32,000 nucleotides of DNA from the NCBI RefSeq assembly GCF_900199515.1, contig NZ_LT963434.1:1562180-1594179 (forward strand), read 5' to 3'. This document shows, piece by piece, positions 1 through 8,386 of the stretch; the stretch's first letter is position 1, and every line of letters starts with the position of its first letter. Source of the stretch: Massilicoli timonensis. GTDB taxonomy: Bacteria; Bacillota_I; Bacilli_A; Erysipelotrichales; Erysipelotrichaceae. Both the position numbers and the translations under genes were made by a program. Below the pieces are notes generated by a model. The model did not search any database, was not told the DNA's origin, and saw only the letters and a program-made list of their open reading frames with translations.

Positions 1-67
1 AGTAAAACAAAGGTAGTAAGAAAGCGATAGAATATGATAAAATGTAACAAGACATTGAGGTGAGCAT

Positions 68-985
68 ATGGAGAAAAAAGGAAAGATCGTTACCGTTGTC
101 GGCACGAACGCATCGGGGAAAAGTGATTTGGCGGTGTATTTGGCTAAAAAATATAACGGTGAGATCATATCGGCAGATTCTCGGCAGATCTATCGGGGGT
201 ATGATCTGGGAACGGGGAAATTGAGCAAAGCGGAAATGCAGGGCGTTGTGCATCATATGATCGATATTCTCGACAGTAACGAACTGTTTTCAGTCGCTGA
301 TTTTCAAGCGCGTGCTTATGCGTGCATCGACGATATCTTAAGGCGGGGGAAACTGCCGATCATCGCGGGAGGAACGGGTCTTTATGTGCGCAGTGTGGTA
401 AAGGGTTATACGTTTGTAAAGATGGAACCGGATCTTGAACTGCGCGAGGCACTGGAAAAGAAAACGACAGAAGAGCTGTATGCACAATTAGCGGAAATAG
501 ATGAGCAGGCGGCAAAACGCAATACGAAGGAAAATCGGCGGCGGATCATCAGAGCGCTGGAAAAGTACCATGTACTTGGAAAAGAGGCGCTGCAGGATCA
601 TTATGAACCGCGCTATGAAGCACTGCAATTAGGGGTAACGTGGCCAAATGCGATCTTGCATGAACGCATTGATGTGCGCATGAGAAAACGCTTTGATGAA
701 GGCATGATCGAAGAGGTAAAAGGATTGATGGAGCAGGGAGCAACCGCAGCATTCATGGAAGCACTGGGATTGGAGTATCGTCATATCTACTATTATTTAA
801 GTGGAAGATACCAAAGCAAGGAAGAACTCTATACCGAATTGAGCAGAGCGATCAAACGCTTTGCCAAACAGCAGAAAACGTGGTTTCGCAAAGATCATGA
901 CATTATCTGGCTGGATATGGAACAAGATTATAAAGCGCAGGCAGAAGCACAGATCGAAGCGTTTCTGCATGATTCAGACAAATAA
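68..985 (+). CDS. miaA: tRNA dimethylallyltransferase (MiaA)
   Basis: 305-aa ORF. N-terminal P-loop GTNASGKS followed by IISADSRQIYRGYDLGTGK, the characteristic MiaA/IPP-transferase signature. SD-like GAGGTGA at 57-63. Confidence 0.9.
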   Translation: MEKKGKIVTVVGTNASGKSDLAVYLAKKYNGEIISADSRQIYRGYDLGTGKLSKAEMQGVVHHMIDILDSNELFSVADFQARAYACIDDILRRGKLPIIAGGTGLYVRSVVKGYTFVKMEPDLELREALEKKTTEELYAQLAEIDEQAAKRNTKENRRRIIRALEKYHVLGKEALQDHYEPRYEALQLGVTWPNAILHERIDVRMRKRFDEGMIEEVKGLMEQGATAAFMEALGLEYRHIYYYLSGRYQSKEELYTELSRAIKRFAKQQKTWFRKDHDIIWLDMEQDYKAQAEAQIEAFLHDSDK

Positions 986-1014
986 GCGCTGTTTGGTAAT
1001 CAGAGATAGCAGAA

Positions 1015-1048
1015 TATGAAAAAAGATCGCTGAAAAGCGGTCTTTTTC
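1015..1048. terminator. Bidirectional intrinsic terminator between convergent miaA and the PBP gene
   Basis: Hairpin GATCGC-tgaaaa-GCGGTC (1025-1042, one G-U pair), flanked by an A-run upstream and TTTTT downstream. It lies between the two stop codons. Confidence 0.6.
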
Positions 1049-1072
1049 GTATCATGATAAGCAAAAGACGGA

Positions 1073-2944
1073 TCACTCATTTTCGGCCTTATACCAGTAA
1101 ACAGAGCCGCTGCTGCTTTCTTTTCCGCTGATCGGATCGACTCGTTTTTCAATGATCGCATCACTGCGCTTATACCAGCTCCCGCCTCCCTCTGGATAAA
1201 GGGCATTGAACGTATCTCGCCAGATCAGTTTCGGGGTCTTAAAGTAAGCTTCATCCAGCTCAGAATGATCGTCATTGCCGCTCCATACGGCAACACAGTA
1301 GTCGGGATTAAAGCCTGCCGCCAGTGCATCATAATCACTGGTGCCGCTTTTTCCCGCCACCTTGACATTCGGCACGGCATCCAGCAGGGTCGGTACATTA
1401 TGCCCGATATTCTTTGGATCATAGGTGGCTGTCAACAACTGATTTAAGATCAGTGTTTCATCACGCAGCAGCAGTCGTTTGCAGGCGATCTCTTTCTCGT
1501 AAATGATCTTGCCGTTCCCATCGGTAATATGATCGATGAAAGACGGTTCTTCATATAATCCTTCTGATGCAAAGGCAGTATAGATTTTTGCCAGCTCTAA
1601 GATCGACATCTGTGTCGTGCCCAGTGCCATCGAAGGATTTTCCTCTACATCTTCGATCCCAAATGAGAGCAGCGCTTCCTTTAAGGTATCCATTCCTAAA
1701 AACAGATGGGTCTTTTCCGCATAAATATTGTCGCTGACCGCAATCGCCTGTATCATGGAAATATCCCGATAAGCGTAAATATCCTTAAAATTAGTCGGTG
1801 CGTAAGTTGTTTTTTCATCGATCTGGAAGGTGGTCGGCTGTGAGGTAAAGGTAGTGGATGGGGTGAAGCCTTGCTGCAGGGCGGTATAGTAAAGCAGCGG
1901 CTTGATCGTGGAAGCAACCTGCCGTTTGGCATAAAGCGCACGATTATAAGAGGATAACGTATAATCTTTTCCTCCGGCGATCGCTTTCACCTTAAAGGTA
2001 AAAGGCTCCATAACAACAGCGCTGACTTCCAGTTGTTCCTTCGTATCCACATGTGCCTCGATCGCATCACTGAGTGCTTTTTGTGCCTGTGGGTCATAGT
2101 TGGTATAAACATAGAGGGGCTGATCTAAACTGATATTTTGTTCTTTCAAGGAAGCGATGACCGCGTCAATGTAGTATTGTTCACTGCCTTTTGTTTCGTT
2201 GATCTGATTGATGTGCAGTTCGATTGCTTCTTCCTTTGCTTCACGATGCGCTTGTTTTGACAAGAGTTCCTCCTCATATAAAATATCTAAGATCAGGTTT
2301 TTTCGCTCTGTTGCCTGTTCGATGGAAATGAGCGGAGAATAGATGGAAGGGCCGTTTGGAATGCCGATCAGGACTGCGAGTTCACAATCATCTAAATCAG
2401 ACAGATCTTTAGAGAAGAAAAATTGGGAAGCATTGGCGATGCCATACACTCCGTGTCCATAATACAAAGTATTCAAATAACCTTCCAATATTTCTTCTTT
2501 GTCATACTGCATTTCCATACGCAGTGCATAAAATACTTCGGAAATTTTACGCTGCAAGGTCTGTTCATTGCTTAAATATAAATTTTTCGCATACTGCTGG
2601 GTGATCGTACTGCCGCCTTGTGTGATCTCTTGATGGATGAGATTGTTGAAAAACGCTTTTCCGATGCGCAGCGGATCAAAGCCGATATGCGTGTAAAAGC
2701 GTTTGTCCTCAACTGCCAGCACGGCGTTCTGCACCCGTTTCGGAATTTGATCTAAATCGGTCCAGTGAATATTTTTTTTGAAGTTTGTTTCATATAATAC
2801 ATTGCCGTGCACATCATACATGGTGATGCTGGATCGTTTTTCGTATAATTCCAGTTCATCGAACCGGGCATAAAACAAGACGGCGATGAATATCGTTGCG
2901 AAAAGAAAGGCAACGATCAAAAGGATTTTTCCCGCTTTTTTCAC
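1073..2944 (-). CDS. Class A penicillin-binding protein (bifunctional GT51 transglycosylase / transpeptidase)
   Basis: 623-aa ORF with an N-terminal TM helix. GT51 motifs EDKRFYTHIGFD and GGSTITQQYAKN. Transpeptidase motifs STIKP (SxxK), SDN (SxN) and KSGT (KTG-type). Confidence 0.85.
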   Translation of the reverse strand: MKKAGKILLIVAFLFATIFIAVLFYARFDELELYEKRSSITMYDVHGNVLYETNFKKNIHWTDLDQIPKRVQNAVLAVEDKRFYTHIGFDPLRIGKAFFNNLIHQEITQGGSTITQQYAKNLYLSNEQTLQRKISEVFYALRMEMQYDKEEILEGYLNTLYYGHGVYGIANASQFFFSKDLSDLDDCELAVLIGIPNGPSIYSPLISIEQATERKNLILDILYEEELLSKQAHREAKEEAIELHINQINETKGSEQYYIDAVIASLKEQNISLDQPLYVYTNYDPQAQKALSDAIEAHVDTKEQLEVSAVVMEPFTFKVKAIAGGKDYTLSSYNRALYAKRQVASTIKPLLYYTALQQGFTPSTTFTSQPTTFQIDEKTTYAPTNFKDIYAYRDISMIQAIAVSDNIYAEKTHLFLGMDTLKEALLSFGIEDVEENPSMALGTTQMSILELAKIYTAFASEGLYEEPSFIDHITDGNGKIIYEKEIACKRLLLRDETLILNQLLTATYDPKNIGHNVPTLLDAVPNVKVAGKSGTSDYDALAAGFNPDYCVAVWSGNDDHSELDEAYFKTPKLIWRDTFNALYPEGGGSWYKRSDAIIEKRVDPISGKESSSGSVYWYKAENE

Positions 2945-3018
2945 ATGATCACCTCTAGATTAGTGTTGCCTGCCGTATCGGAAATAAACGGGCAGGTTGA
3001 AAAAAGTGCAACTTGCTA

Positions 3019-3046
3019 TTGCATTGTATTGATATTTTGCTATACT
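3019..3046 (+). promoter_or_regulatory. Sigma-A-like promoter for the DUF1934-rpoE pair
   Basis: TTGCAT (3019-3024), a 16-nt spacer ending in TGc, then TATACT (3041-3046): an extended -10 configuration. Confidence 0.45.
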
Positions 3047-3066
3047 ATCTCATGACAAGTGGTGAT

Positions 3067-3459
3067 ATGATGAAAAAACATGTAACGGTAAGGCAGAAAA
3101 ACTGCACAGATCAAAGCCGGTGTGTGCTGCATGACGGCGTTTGTGAATATACTTGTGAAAAGGATCAGATCACCCTTTCCTATCGGGAAAAAGAAGGCGG
3201 CGAAGTCGTGCTGAAGGCCGATGCAAAAGAGCTGATGATCTTTCGCAAAGGCGATGTAACCAGCCGGCTGCGGTTTCGGCGGGATACGAATACGACCGCG
3301 ACGATCACAAGTCCGTACGGCAGTTTTGAAATAGCGCTGTACACTTATTTTTATCGGATCAGTGAACAGATGATCGTGGTGGAATATGATGTATTGTCAG
3401 ATATGCGGGAAAAGACAAGACTGCGCTTTAGCTGGCATATCAAAGGTGCATGTTCTTAA
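3067..3459 (+). CDS. DUF1934 (YwiB-like) small beta-barrel protein
   Basis: Start trimmed from the ORF-track 3013 to ATG 3067/3070, downstream of the promoter. The pattern L.Y.E...V.LK...I.R.G.V.SRL.F...T...SPYG.F.I matches my recollection of the DUF1934 family. Confidence 0.6.
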   Translation: MMKKHVTVRQKNCTDQSRCVLHDGVCEYTCEKDQITLSYREKEGGEVVLKADAKELMIFRKGDVTSRLRFRRDTNTTATITSPYGSFEIALYTYFYRISEQMIVVEYDVLSDMREKTRLRFSWHIKGACS

Positions 3460-3496
3460 GCAGCGAGAAAAAGGTATCGGTTTCAGGAGGTATGAA

Positions 3497-3826
3497 ATGA
3501 AAAAGTCGATGATTGATGTCGCATATGAATTGATGTCGAAGAAGAAAAAAGCGATGACATTCGCAAAACTATGGGAAGAAGTAACACAGGCGCTGGGTAT
3601 GGATGAGATGCAGAAAGAGGAAGCGATCGCACATTTTTACTCTGATCTGTCATTAGATACGCGTTTTCTGCATGTCGGCGATAATAAGTGGGATCTGCGC
3701 AACCGTCACACTTTTAACGAAACGATCATTGATACAAGCGCATTGCTGATCGATGATGAGGCAGAAGATAGTGAAACGCTTGAAGAAGCAGAAGAGGAAA
3801 AAGAAACAAACGAGGAATTTGATTAG
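3497..3826 (+). CDS. rpoE: DNA-directed RNA polymerase delta subunit
   Basis: ATG 3497 lies 6 nt after AGGAGG (3485-3490). The core IAHFYSDLSLDTRFLHVGDNKWDLR matches the delta signature (B. subtilis IAQFYTDLNIDGRFL...WGLR). Acidic C-terminal tail DDEAEDSETLEEAEEEKETNEEFD. The ORF-track N-terminal extension from 3386 was rejected. Confidence 0.85.
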   Translation: MKKSMIDVAYELMSKKKKAMTFAKLWEEVTQALGMDEMQKEEAIAHFYSDLSLDTRFLHVGDNKWDLRNRHTFNETIIDTSALLIDDEAEDSETLEEAEEEKETNEEFD

Positions 3827-3830
3827 CGTG

Positions 3831-3877
3831 CAAGGCGTGGCGATCGAAGATGATCTGCATACGCCTTGTTTGTTTTT
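3831..3877 (+). terminator. Intrinsic terminator after rpoE
   Basis: CAAGGCGT (3831-3838) pairs with ACGCCTTG (3861-3868). There is an inner GATC/GATC stem, and the hairpin is followed by TTTGTTTTT. Confidence 0.6.
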
Positions 3878-4034
3878 GGCAAGGGAAGTACGCTTCGAAA
3901 AAAGGGTATTTGCCTTTTGTAGGCACGGCTGTGAAGATGTGTGCATATTCTTGCGTTTCTGCGGTATTGGGACTTTTCAAAAAGGGAAAAATGCAGTAGA
4001 ATAAGAGTGTCAAATAAATAAGGAGGAAATTGAT

Positions 4035-4901
4035 ATGGCATTAGTATCAGCAACTGAAATGCTTAACAAAGCACATGCGGGACATTACGCAGTCGGCGCA
4101 TTTAACATCAACAATCTGGAATGGACGAAAATGATCCTGTTGGCAGCGGAAGAAGCAAAATCTCCGGTTATGCTGGGTGTTTCCGAAGGTGCGGCAAAAT
4201 ACATGTGCGGTTTCAAGACCGTTGTGGCAATGGTAAAAGAAATCCATGACAGTTTAGGTATTACCGTTCCGGTAGCACTGCATTTGGATCATGGTTCTTA
4301 TGAAGGTGCAAAGGCTTGTATCGAAGCTGGATTTACATCGGTTATGTTTGACGGTTCCCATTATCCGTTTGAAGAAAACGTAGCAAAATCAAAAGAGATG
4401 ATCGAATTGGCACATGCAAAAGGTGTTTCGATCGAGTGTGAAGTCGGCGGTATCGGCGGTGAAGAAGACGGTACGGTATCAAACGGCGAATTGGCTGATC
4501 CGCAGGAATGTAAGACGATCTGCGAGCTGGGCGTTGATTTCTTAGCAGCAGGTATCGGTAACATTCACGGTAAATATCCGGCAAACTGGGCAGGTCTGAA
4601 CTTTGATCGTCTGGCGGAAATCCAGAATGTAACAAACGGCAAACCGCTGGTATTGCATGGTGGATCCGGTATCCCGGCTGATCAGATCGCAAAAGCAATC
4701 GACTTAGGTGTTTCTAAGATCAACGTAAATACGGAATTGCAGTTGGAATTTGCGGCCGCAACACGTAAATACATTGAAGCGGACAAAGATCTGGAAGGCA
4801 AAGGATACGATCCTCGTAAACTGCTGAAACCGGGTGCAGACGCAATCAAGGATAAAGTCATCGCAATGATGAAACAGTTTGGTTCTTATAACCAGGCATA
4901 A
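4035..4901 (+). CDS. fba: Fructose-bisphosphate aldolase, class II
   Basis: 288-aa ORF. Begins GAFNINNLE. Has LHLDHG (Zn ligands), GNIHGKY and LVLHGGSG motifs. AGGAGG-type SD (AAGGAGGAAA) ends 6-7 nt upstream. Confidence 0.92.
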   Translation: MALVSATEMLNKAHAGHYAVGAFNINNLEWTKMILLAAEEAKSPVMLGVSEGAAKYMCGFKTVVAMVKEIHDSLGITVPVALHLDHGSYEGAKACIEAGFTSVMFDGSHYPFEENVAKSKEMIELAHAKGVSIECEVGGIGGEEDGTVSNGELADPQECKTICELGVDFLAAGIGNIHGKYPANWAGLNFDRLAEIQNVTNGKPLVLHGGSGIPADQIAKAIDLGVSKINVNTELQLEFAAATRKYIEADKDLEGKGYDPRKLLKPGADAIKDKVIAMMKQFGSYNQA

Positions 4902-4939
4902 TTGCTTATTGGGATAAAACGTATCAATAAAGAGTAAAG

Positions 4940-4973
4940 GCACAAATCAGGTGATCTGGTTTGTGCTTTTTTT
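4940..4973 (+). terminator. Intrinsic terminator after fba
   Basis: GCACAAATCAG-gtgat-CTGGTTTGTGC (one mismatch) followed by TTTTTTT (4967-4973). Confidence 0.75.
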
Positions 4974-5160
4974 ATAGAAACGGTTATTGACTTTGGCGAA
5001 ATATCTATGGAGATCTAGTATATGTGCCATGTGTTCCGCTCATCTGCGCTTTTCCTATTGATCATGTTTTTCTGTTTCAATAAACAGATTGCAGCAGATA
5101 GAAAAAGCATGTTTTATTTTTGCTTGAATATGAAAATAATTGCATAAAAGGCAAAAAATC

Positions 5161-5272
5161 GGGGGGGGGGGGGGGGGGTAAAAAAAAAAAAAATTTTTGG
5201 AATTTTTGGGTTTTCCCTTCAAACCGGGCTCTTATAAACATCTAAAGGGGTATAAGAGAAAGGGGGGGGGGG
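5161..5272. repeat. Homopolymer-stutter low-complexity block
   Basis: Direct reading: G18 (5161-5178), T, A14 (5180-5193), T5, GG, AA, T5, GGG, TTTT, CCC, TT, C, AAA, CC, GGG, and later G11 (5262-5272). I saw no homopolymer longer than about 8 elsewhere in the window. Confidence 0.9.
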
Positions 5273-5321
5273 CTAAAAATGAAAAAATTCTTGTAAATTA
5301 TGGATTTCCCCTTATAAAGTG

Positions 5322-5350
5322 TTGAATTGTTAGGGAAATGTAGATATAAT
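5322..5350 (+). promoter_or_regulatory. Orphan near-consensus sigma-A-like promoter
   Basis: TTGAAT (5322-5327), an exact 17-nt spacer, then TATAAT (5345-5350). There is no ORF downstream; it points into the 3-prime end of convergent galU. Confidence 0.4.
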
Positions 5351-5424
5351 CAGTGTGTAAATTGGTGCGTAAAAAAGGCGTTTTTTTCATGTATGCACGC
5401 TTTTTGAAAAAAGCGGTGCATCAT

Positions 5425-5449
5425 AAAAAAACTGCGCGGATAACGCAGT
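5425..5449 (-). terminator. Intrinsic terminator of galU (minus strand)
   Basis: On the minus strand: ACTGCG-ttatccg-CGCAGT followed by TTTTTTT, beginning 5 nt after the galU stop. The stem is only 6 bp. Confidence 0.5.
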
Positions 5450-5453
5450 CATT

Positions 5454-6332
5454 TTACTGAATAGATTGTTCTTTGATGATTTGTATCATGTCGTCGCGCA
5501 GATCTTCGCGTGCTAATGCGAAATCGATCTGAGCCTTCAAAAAGCCGCGTTTATCGCCCACATCGTAGCGCTTTCCTTCAAAGTCGTAAGCGCAGACGTT
5601 TTCATGGGCGAGCAGACGGTTGATCGCATCGGTCAGTTGGATCTCGTTGCCGCTTCCCGGCTCCTGGGTTTCCAGCAGTTCAAAGATCTTTGGGGTCAGG
5701 ATATAGCGTCCTAAAATGGCGATGTCGCTTGGTGCTTCTTCCTGTTTCGGTTTTTCCACAAAACCTTTGACAGCGAAGCAGCGTTCGCTTAATGTTTCTT
5801 TCGGATCGATGATACCGTATTTAGAGACTGCGGCAGGCTCTACGCGCTGTACGCCGACTACGCTGCTTTGATTGACATGGAAGGCGTCGATGAGCTGTTT
5901 GGTTGCCGGATCGCCGTTTGGATTGACCACGATGTCATCGCCAAGCAGAATGGCAAACGGTTCATCACCAACGAATGTTTTGGCGCACAGAACGGCATGA
6001 CCTAAACCGCGGGGGTTTTTCTGACGAACGGAATAAATGTTAGCCATTTGCGAGATTTCCCGTACCATTTGCAGCTGTTCTTGACTGCCGGACGCCTCTA
6101 AGCGCTTCTCCAGTTCAAAGCTTTGGTCAAAATGATTTTCAATGCTGGCCTTATGCGCATTGGTAATGATCAGGATTTCTTCGATTCCGCTGGCTACGGC
6201 TTCTTCAATGATATATTGAATGGTCGGTTTATCCACGATCGGCAGCATTTCCTTAGGAATGGCTTTTGTTGCCGGCAGAAAGCGGGTGCCGAAACCGGCC
6301 GCGGGGATGATGGCTTTTTTCACTTGTTTCAT
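5454..6332 (-). CDS. galU: UTP--glucose-1-phosphate uridylyltransferase
   Basis: MKQVKKAIIPAAGFGTRFLPATKAIPKEMLPIVDKPTIQYIIEE is the canonical GalU N-terminus. The start was moved to the second ATG (6332) on the basis of homologous N-termini; the ORF-track start at 6359 remains possible. Confidence 0.9.
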   Translation of the reverse strand: MKQVKKAIIPAAGFGTRFLPATKAIPKEMLPIVDKPTIQYIIEEAVASGIEEILIITNAHKASIENHFDQSFELEKRLEASGSQEQLQMVREISQMANIYSVRQKNPRGLGHAVLCAKTFVGDEPFAILLGDDIVVNPNGDPATKQLIDAFHVNQSSVVGVQRVEPAAVSKYGIIDPKETLSERCFAVKGFVEKPKQEEAPSDIAILGRYILTPKIFELLETQEPGSGNEIQLTDAINRLLAHENVCAYDFEGKRYDVGDKRGFLKAQIDFALAREDLRDDMIQIIKEQSIQ

Positions 6333-6357
6333 AAACTTTATCACACTCCATGGCTCC

Positions 6358-6366
6358 ATTCTATCA
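6358..6366 (-). promoter_or_regulatory. Extended -10 element for galU
   Basis: The minus strand reads TGATAGAAT (TGnTAGAAT). It overlaps the ORF-track upstream ATG, which supports the shorter galU start. No convincing -35. Confidence 0.35.
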
Positions 6367-6462
6367 TATTTATGATAAATGACCAGTGGGAAAGTAACAA
6401 TTTATCGCAAAGTGTGTGATTCGGGAAAAGATGCAAATCAAAGGATAGAAAGCAAAGTGAGG

Positions 6463-8349
6463 ATGATTGAAGTGATCGCTTGGATATTGAATAACAAATT
6501 TTACCAGAAGTACCGGGAGTATTTTCTGTTGCTGCTGGATCTGTTTCTGGTATGTGTGTCGTTTCTGATCGCGTTCTGGACCAAAGAGGATTTCCTGTTC
6601 CGGTTTGAGAATCATTTGGCACTAAAAAATGTCTTATTGTGGGCCGTGCTGGTAATCGGTGTCTACACTGTGAATTTTTTGATTTTTAAGGTACATCGCA
6701 GTCTGTGGAAATACATTGGGCCGATGGAAGCGGTCAGACTATGTCTGGCTGATGGCTTTGCGACGTTGATCTTGATGGGGATTGCGACATTTATTACCAA
6801 AGACGGCTATTATACAAGTGTTATTTTTGTAGCCGGTTTATTGAATGTGCTTTTGATGCTGGTGATACGCTTCGGGTATCGTTTGTTGAGACGCTATCAG
6901 ATCGATGAAAAGAAAAATACGATCAATGCGCTGATCATCGGTGCGGGAGACGGCGGCTATATCCTGTTGAAGGAGCTTACGCAAAATGAAAGCTATCATG
7001 CGCATGTAGTCGGCTTTTTAGATGATTTTCGTCATGATAAGATCGTTGCGGGGAAACCGGTGCTGGGTACGACGGAAGATCTGGCAGAGGTTGTGAAAAA
7101 GCATCGGATCCAGATCGTTTTTATCGCGATTCCCAGCGCTTCAAAGAAAGATGTGCGCAGGATCTATGAAAAATGTCAGGATCTGAATTTAGAAACGAAG
7201 ATCATGCGGCGTGGAGAAACGCTGCTTAGCGATACGCCGGGGAAAGAAACCTATCCGGTAAAAGATATTGCGATCGAGGATTTGTTGGGACGTGGTGAGA
7301 TTCGCTTGAATCAACAGGAGATCCGCTCTTATATTACCGGGAAAGTCGTTGCGGTTACCGGTGCGGGCGGTTCGATCGGTTCTGAATTATGCCGGCAGAT
7401 CGTGAAGTTCCATCCGAAACGACTGGTTTTGATCGATATCAATGAAAATACACTGTATATGCTGGAACAGGAATTTAATCGGGATCGAATGCATGGCAAA
7501 CTGGATCCGGAAATCGAGATCGTTTCTTATATCGCTTCCATTCGGGAACGTAAGGCGATCAATGAAGTGTTTGAACAAAATAAACCTGAGGTCGTTTATC
7601 ATGCGGCAGCGCATAAACATGTTCCGCTGATGGAAACAAGGCCGCAGGAAGCGATCAAAAACAATGTGTTCGGAACGAACAATGTCATTTCCCTCTGTAT
7701 TGCGCACCATGTTTCGCGCTTCATCATGATTTCAACGGACAAAGCGGTCAATCCGACAAATGTAATGGGAGCGACGAAGCGAATGACGGAAATGATCTTG
7801 CAGGCAAATGGCAAGAACGGTATTACGAAGATGGCAGCTGTGCGTTTTGGCAATGTGCTGGGCTCAAATGGTTCGGTAATTCCGATCTTTCAGCAGCAGA
7901 TTGCCGAAGGTGGACCGGTTACGATTACCGATAAAGGGATCATTCGTTATTTTATGACGATACCGGAAGCGGCGCAGCTGGTATTGCAGGCAGGCTATTA
8001 TGCGGATAAGGGAGAGATCTTTGTTCTGGATATGGGAGAACCGGTAAAGATCTTGAATTTGGCAGAGAAAATGATTCGTCTGTCCGGTCTGAAGCCTTAT
8101 GAGGATATTGATATCGTAGAGATCGGTTTAAGACCGGGTGAAAAGATGTTTGAGGAACTGCGTCTAGATGGCGAAGATACGGTAAAGACAAAGAATGATT
8201 TGATCTTTATCAATAAAGTAATGGATATTTCAATGAGTGAGATCAATGCAAAATTGCATACATTAAGTGAAATGCTTGCGTGTGGCGCTACGCGGGAAGC
8301 GTATCGGGAAACGATGCTGGAGATGATCAAAGACGTTAGCGCCGGCTGA
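6463..8349 (+). CDS. Membrane-anchored CapD/EpsC/PglF-family polysaccharide biosynthesis protein (UDP-HexNAc 4,6-dehydratase type)
   Basis: About 4 N-terminal TM segments, then a Rossmann fold IIGAGDGG and the SDR motif VTGAGGSIGSEL, plus YHAAAHKHVPLME and ISTDKAVNPTNVMGATKR. The start is uncertain (ATG 6463 or GTG 6472 after GAGGA); the ORF-track start at 6379 is unlikely. Confidence 0.85.
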   Translation: MIEVIAWILNNKFYQKYREYFLLLLDLFLVCVSFLIAFWTKEDFLFRFENHLALKNVLLWAVLVIGVYTVNFLIFKVHRSLWKYIGPMEAVRLCLADGFATLILMGIATFITKDGYYTSVIFVAGLLNVLLMLVIRFGYRLLRRYQIDEKKNTINALIIGAGDGGYILLKELTQNESYHAHVVGFLDDFRHDKIVAGKPVLGTTEDLAEVVKKHRIQIVFIAIPSASKKDVRRIYEKCQDLNLETKIMRRGETLLSDTPGKETYPVKDIAIEDLLGRGEIRLNQQEIRSYITGKVVAVTGAGGSIGSELCRQIVKFHPKRLVLIDINENTLYMLEQEFNRDRMHGKLDPEIEIVSYIASIRERKAINEVFEQNKPEVVYHAAAHKHVPLMETRPQEAIKNNVFGTNNVISLCIAHHVSRFIMISTDKAVNPTNVMGATKRMTEMILQANGKNGITKMAAVRFGNVLGSNGSVIPIFQQQIAEGGPVTITDKGIIRYFMTIPEAAQLVLQAGYYADKGEIFVLDMGEPVKILNLAEKMIRLSGLKPYEDIDIVEIGLRPGEKMFEELRLDGEDTVKTKNDLIFINKVMDISMSEINAKLHTLSEMLACGATREAYRETMLEMIKDVSAG

Positions 8350-8357
8350 TATAGGAA

Positions 8358-8386
8358 TTGTTATAACCGCTCTAAAGTGGTATAAT
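8358..8386 (+). promoter_or_regulatory. Sigma-A-like promoter of the polysaccharide operon
   Basis: TTGTTA (8358-8363), a 17-nt spacer ending in TGg, then TATAAT (8381-8386). This leaves a leader of about 155 nt before ATG 8543. Confidence 0.55.

Noticed and set aside
549-752. Antisense or alternative-frame ORFs of 60-130 aa inside well-supported genes. Examples: 549-752, 1225-1447, 1753-1941, 4047-4943, 7387-8330, 12489-12839, 15400-15895, 19908-20320, 27139-27898, 28315-29191, 30399-30587, 31630-31872.
   Set aside because: Each lies wholly within a longer ORF that has clear family motifs. They have no SD sequences and biased or low-complexity translations, so they are typical shadow ORFs.
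2969-2996. Hairpin CCTGCC...GGCAGG between the PBP gene start and the DUF1934 promoter.
   Set aside because: There is no U-tract on either strand, so it is not a terminator. It could be a 5-prime UTR structure of the PBP mRNA, but I have no supporting evidence.
3534-3540. A second perfect 0A box (TGTCGAA), inside rpoE.
   Set aside because: It is intragenic, and about 4 chance occurrences of any 7-mer are expected in this window. It is recorded as a control against over-interpreting the box at 24387-24393.
3653-4053. Four overlapping ORFs (76-97 aa) spanning the rpoE 3-prime end and the rpoE-fba intergenic region.
   Set aside because: They run across the rpoE terminator hairpin (3831-3877) and the fba promoter/SD region. 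They have no SD and no recognisable motifs.
6341-6622. Minus-strand ORFs (81-93 aa), and the long N-terminal extension of the capD-like ORF from 6379.
   Set aside because: They overlap the divergent promoter region and the capD N-terminus. The hydrophobic CapD N-terminus begins only after M29/V32, where a GAGGA SD is present.
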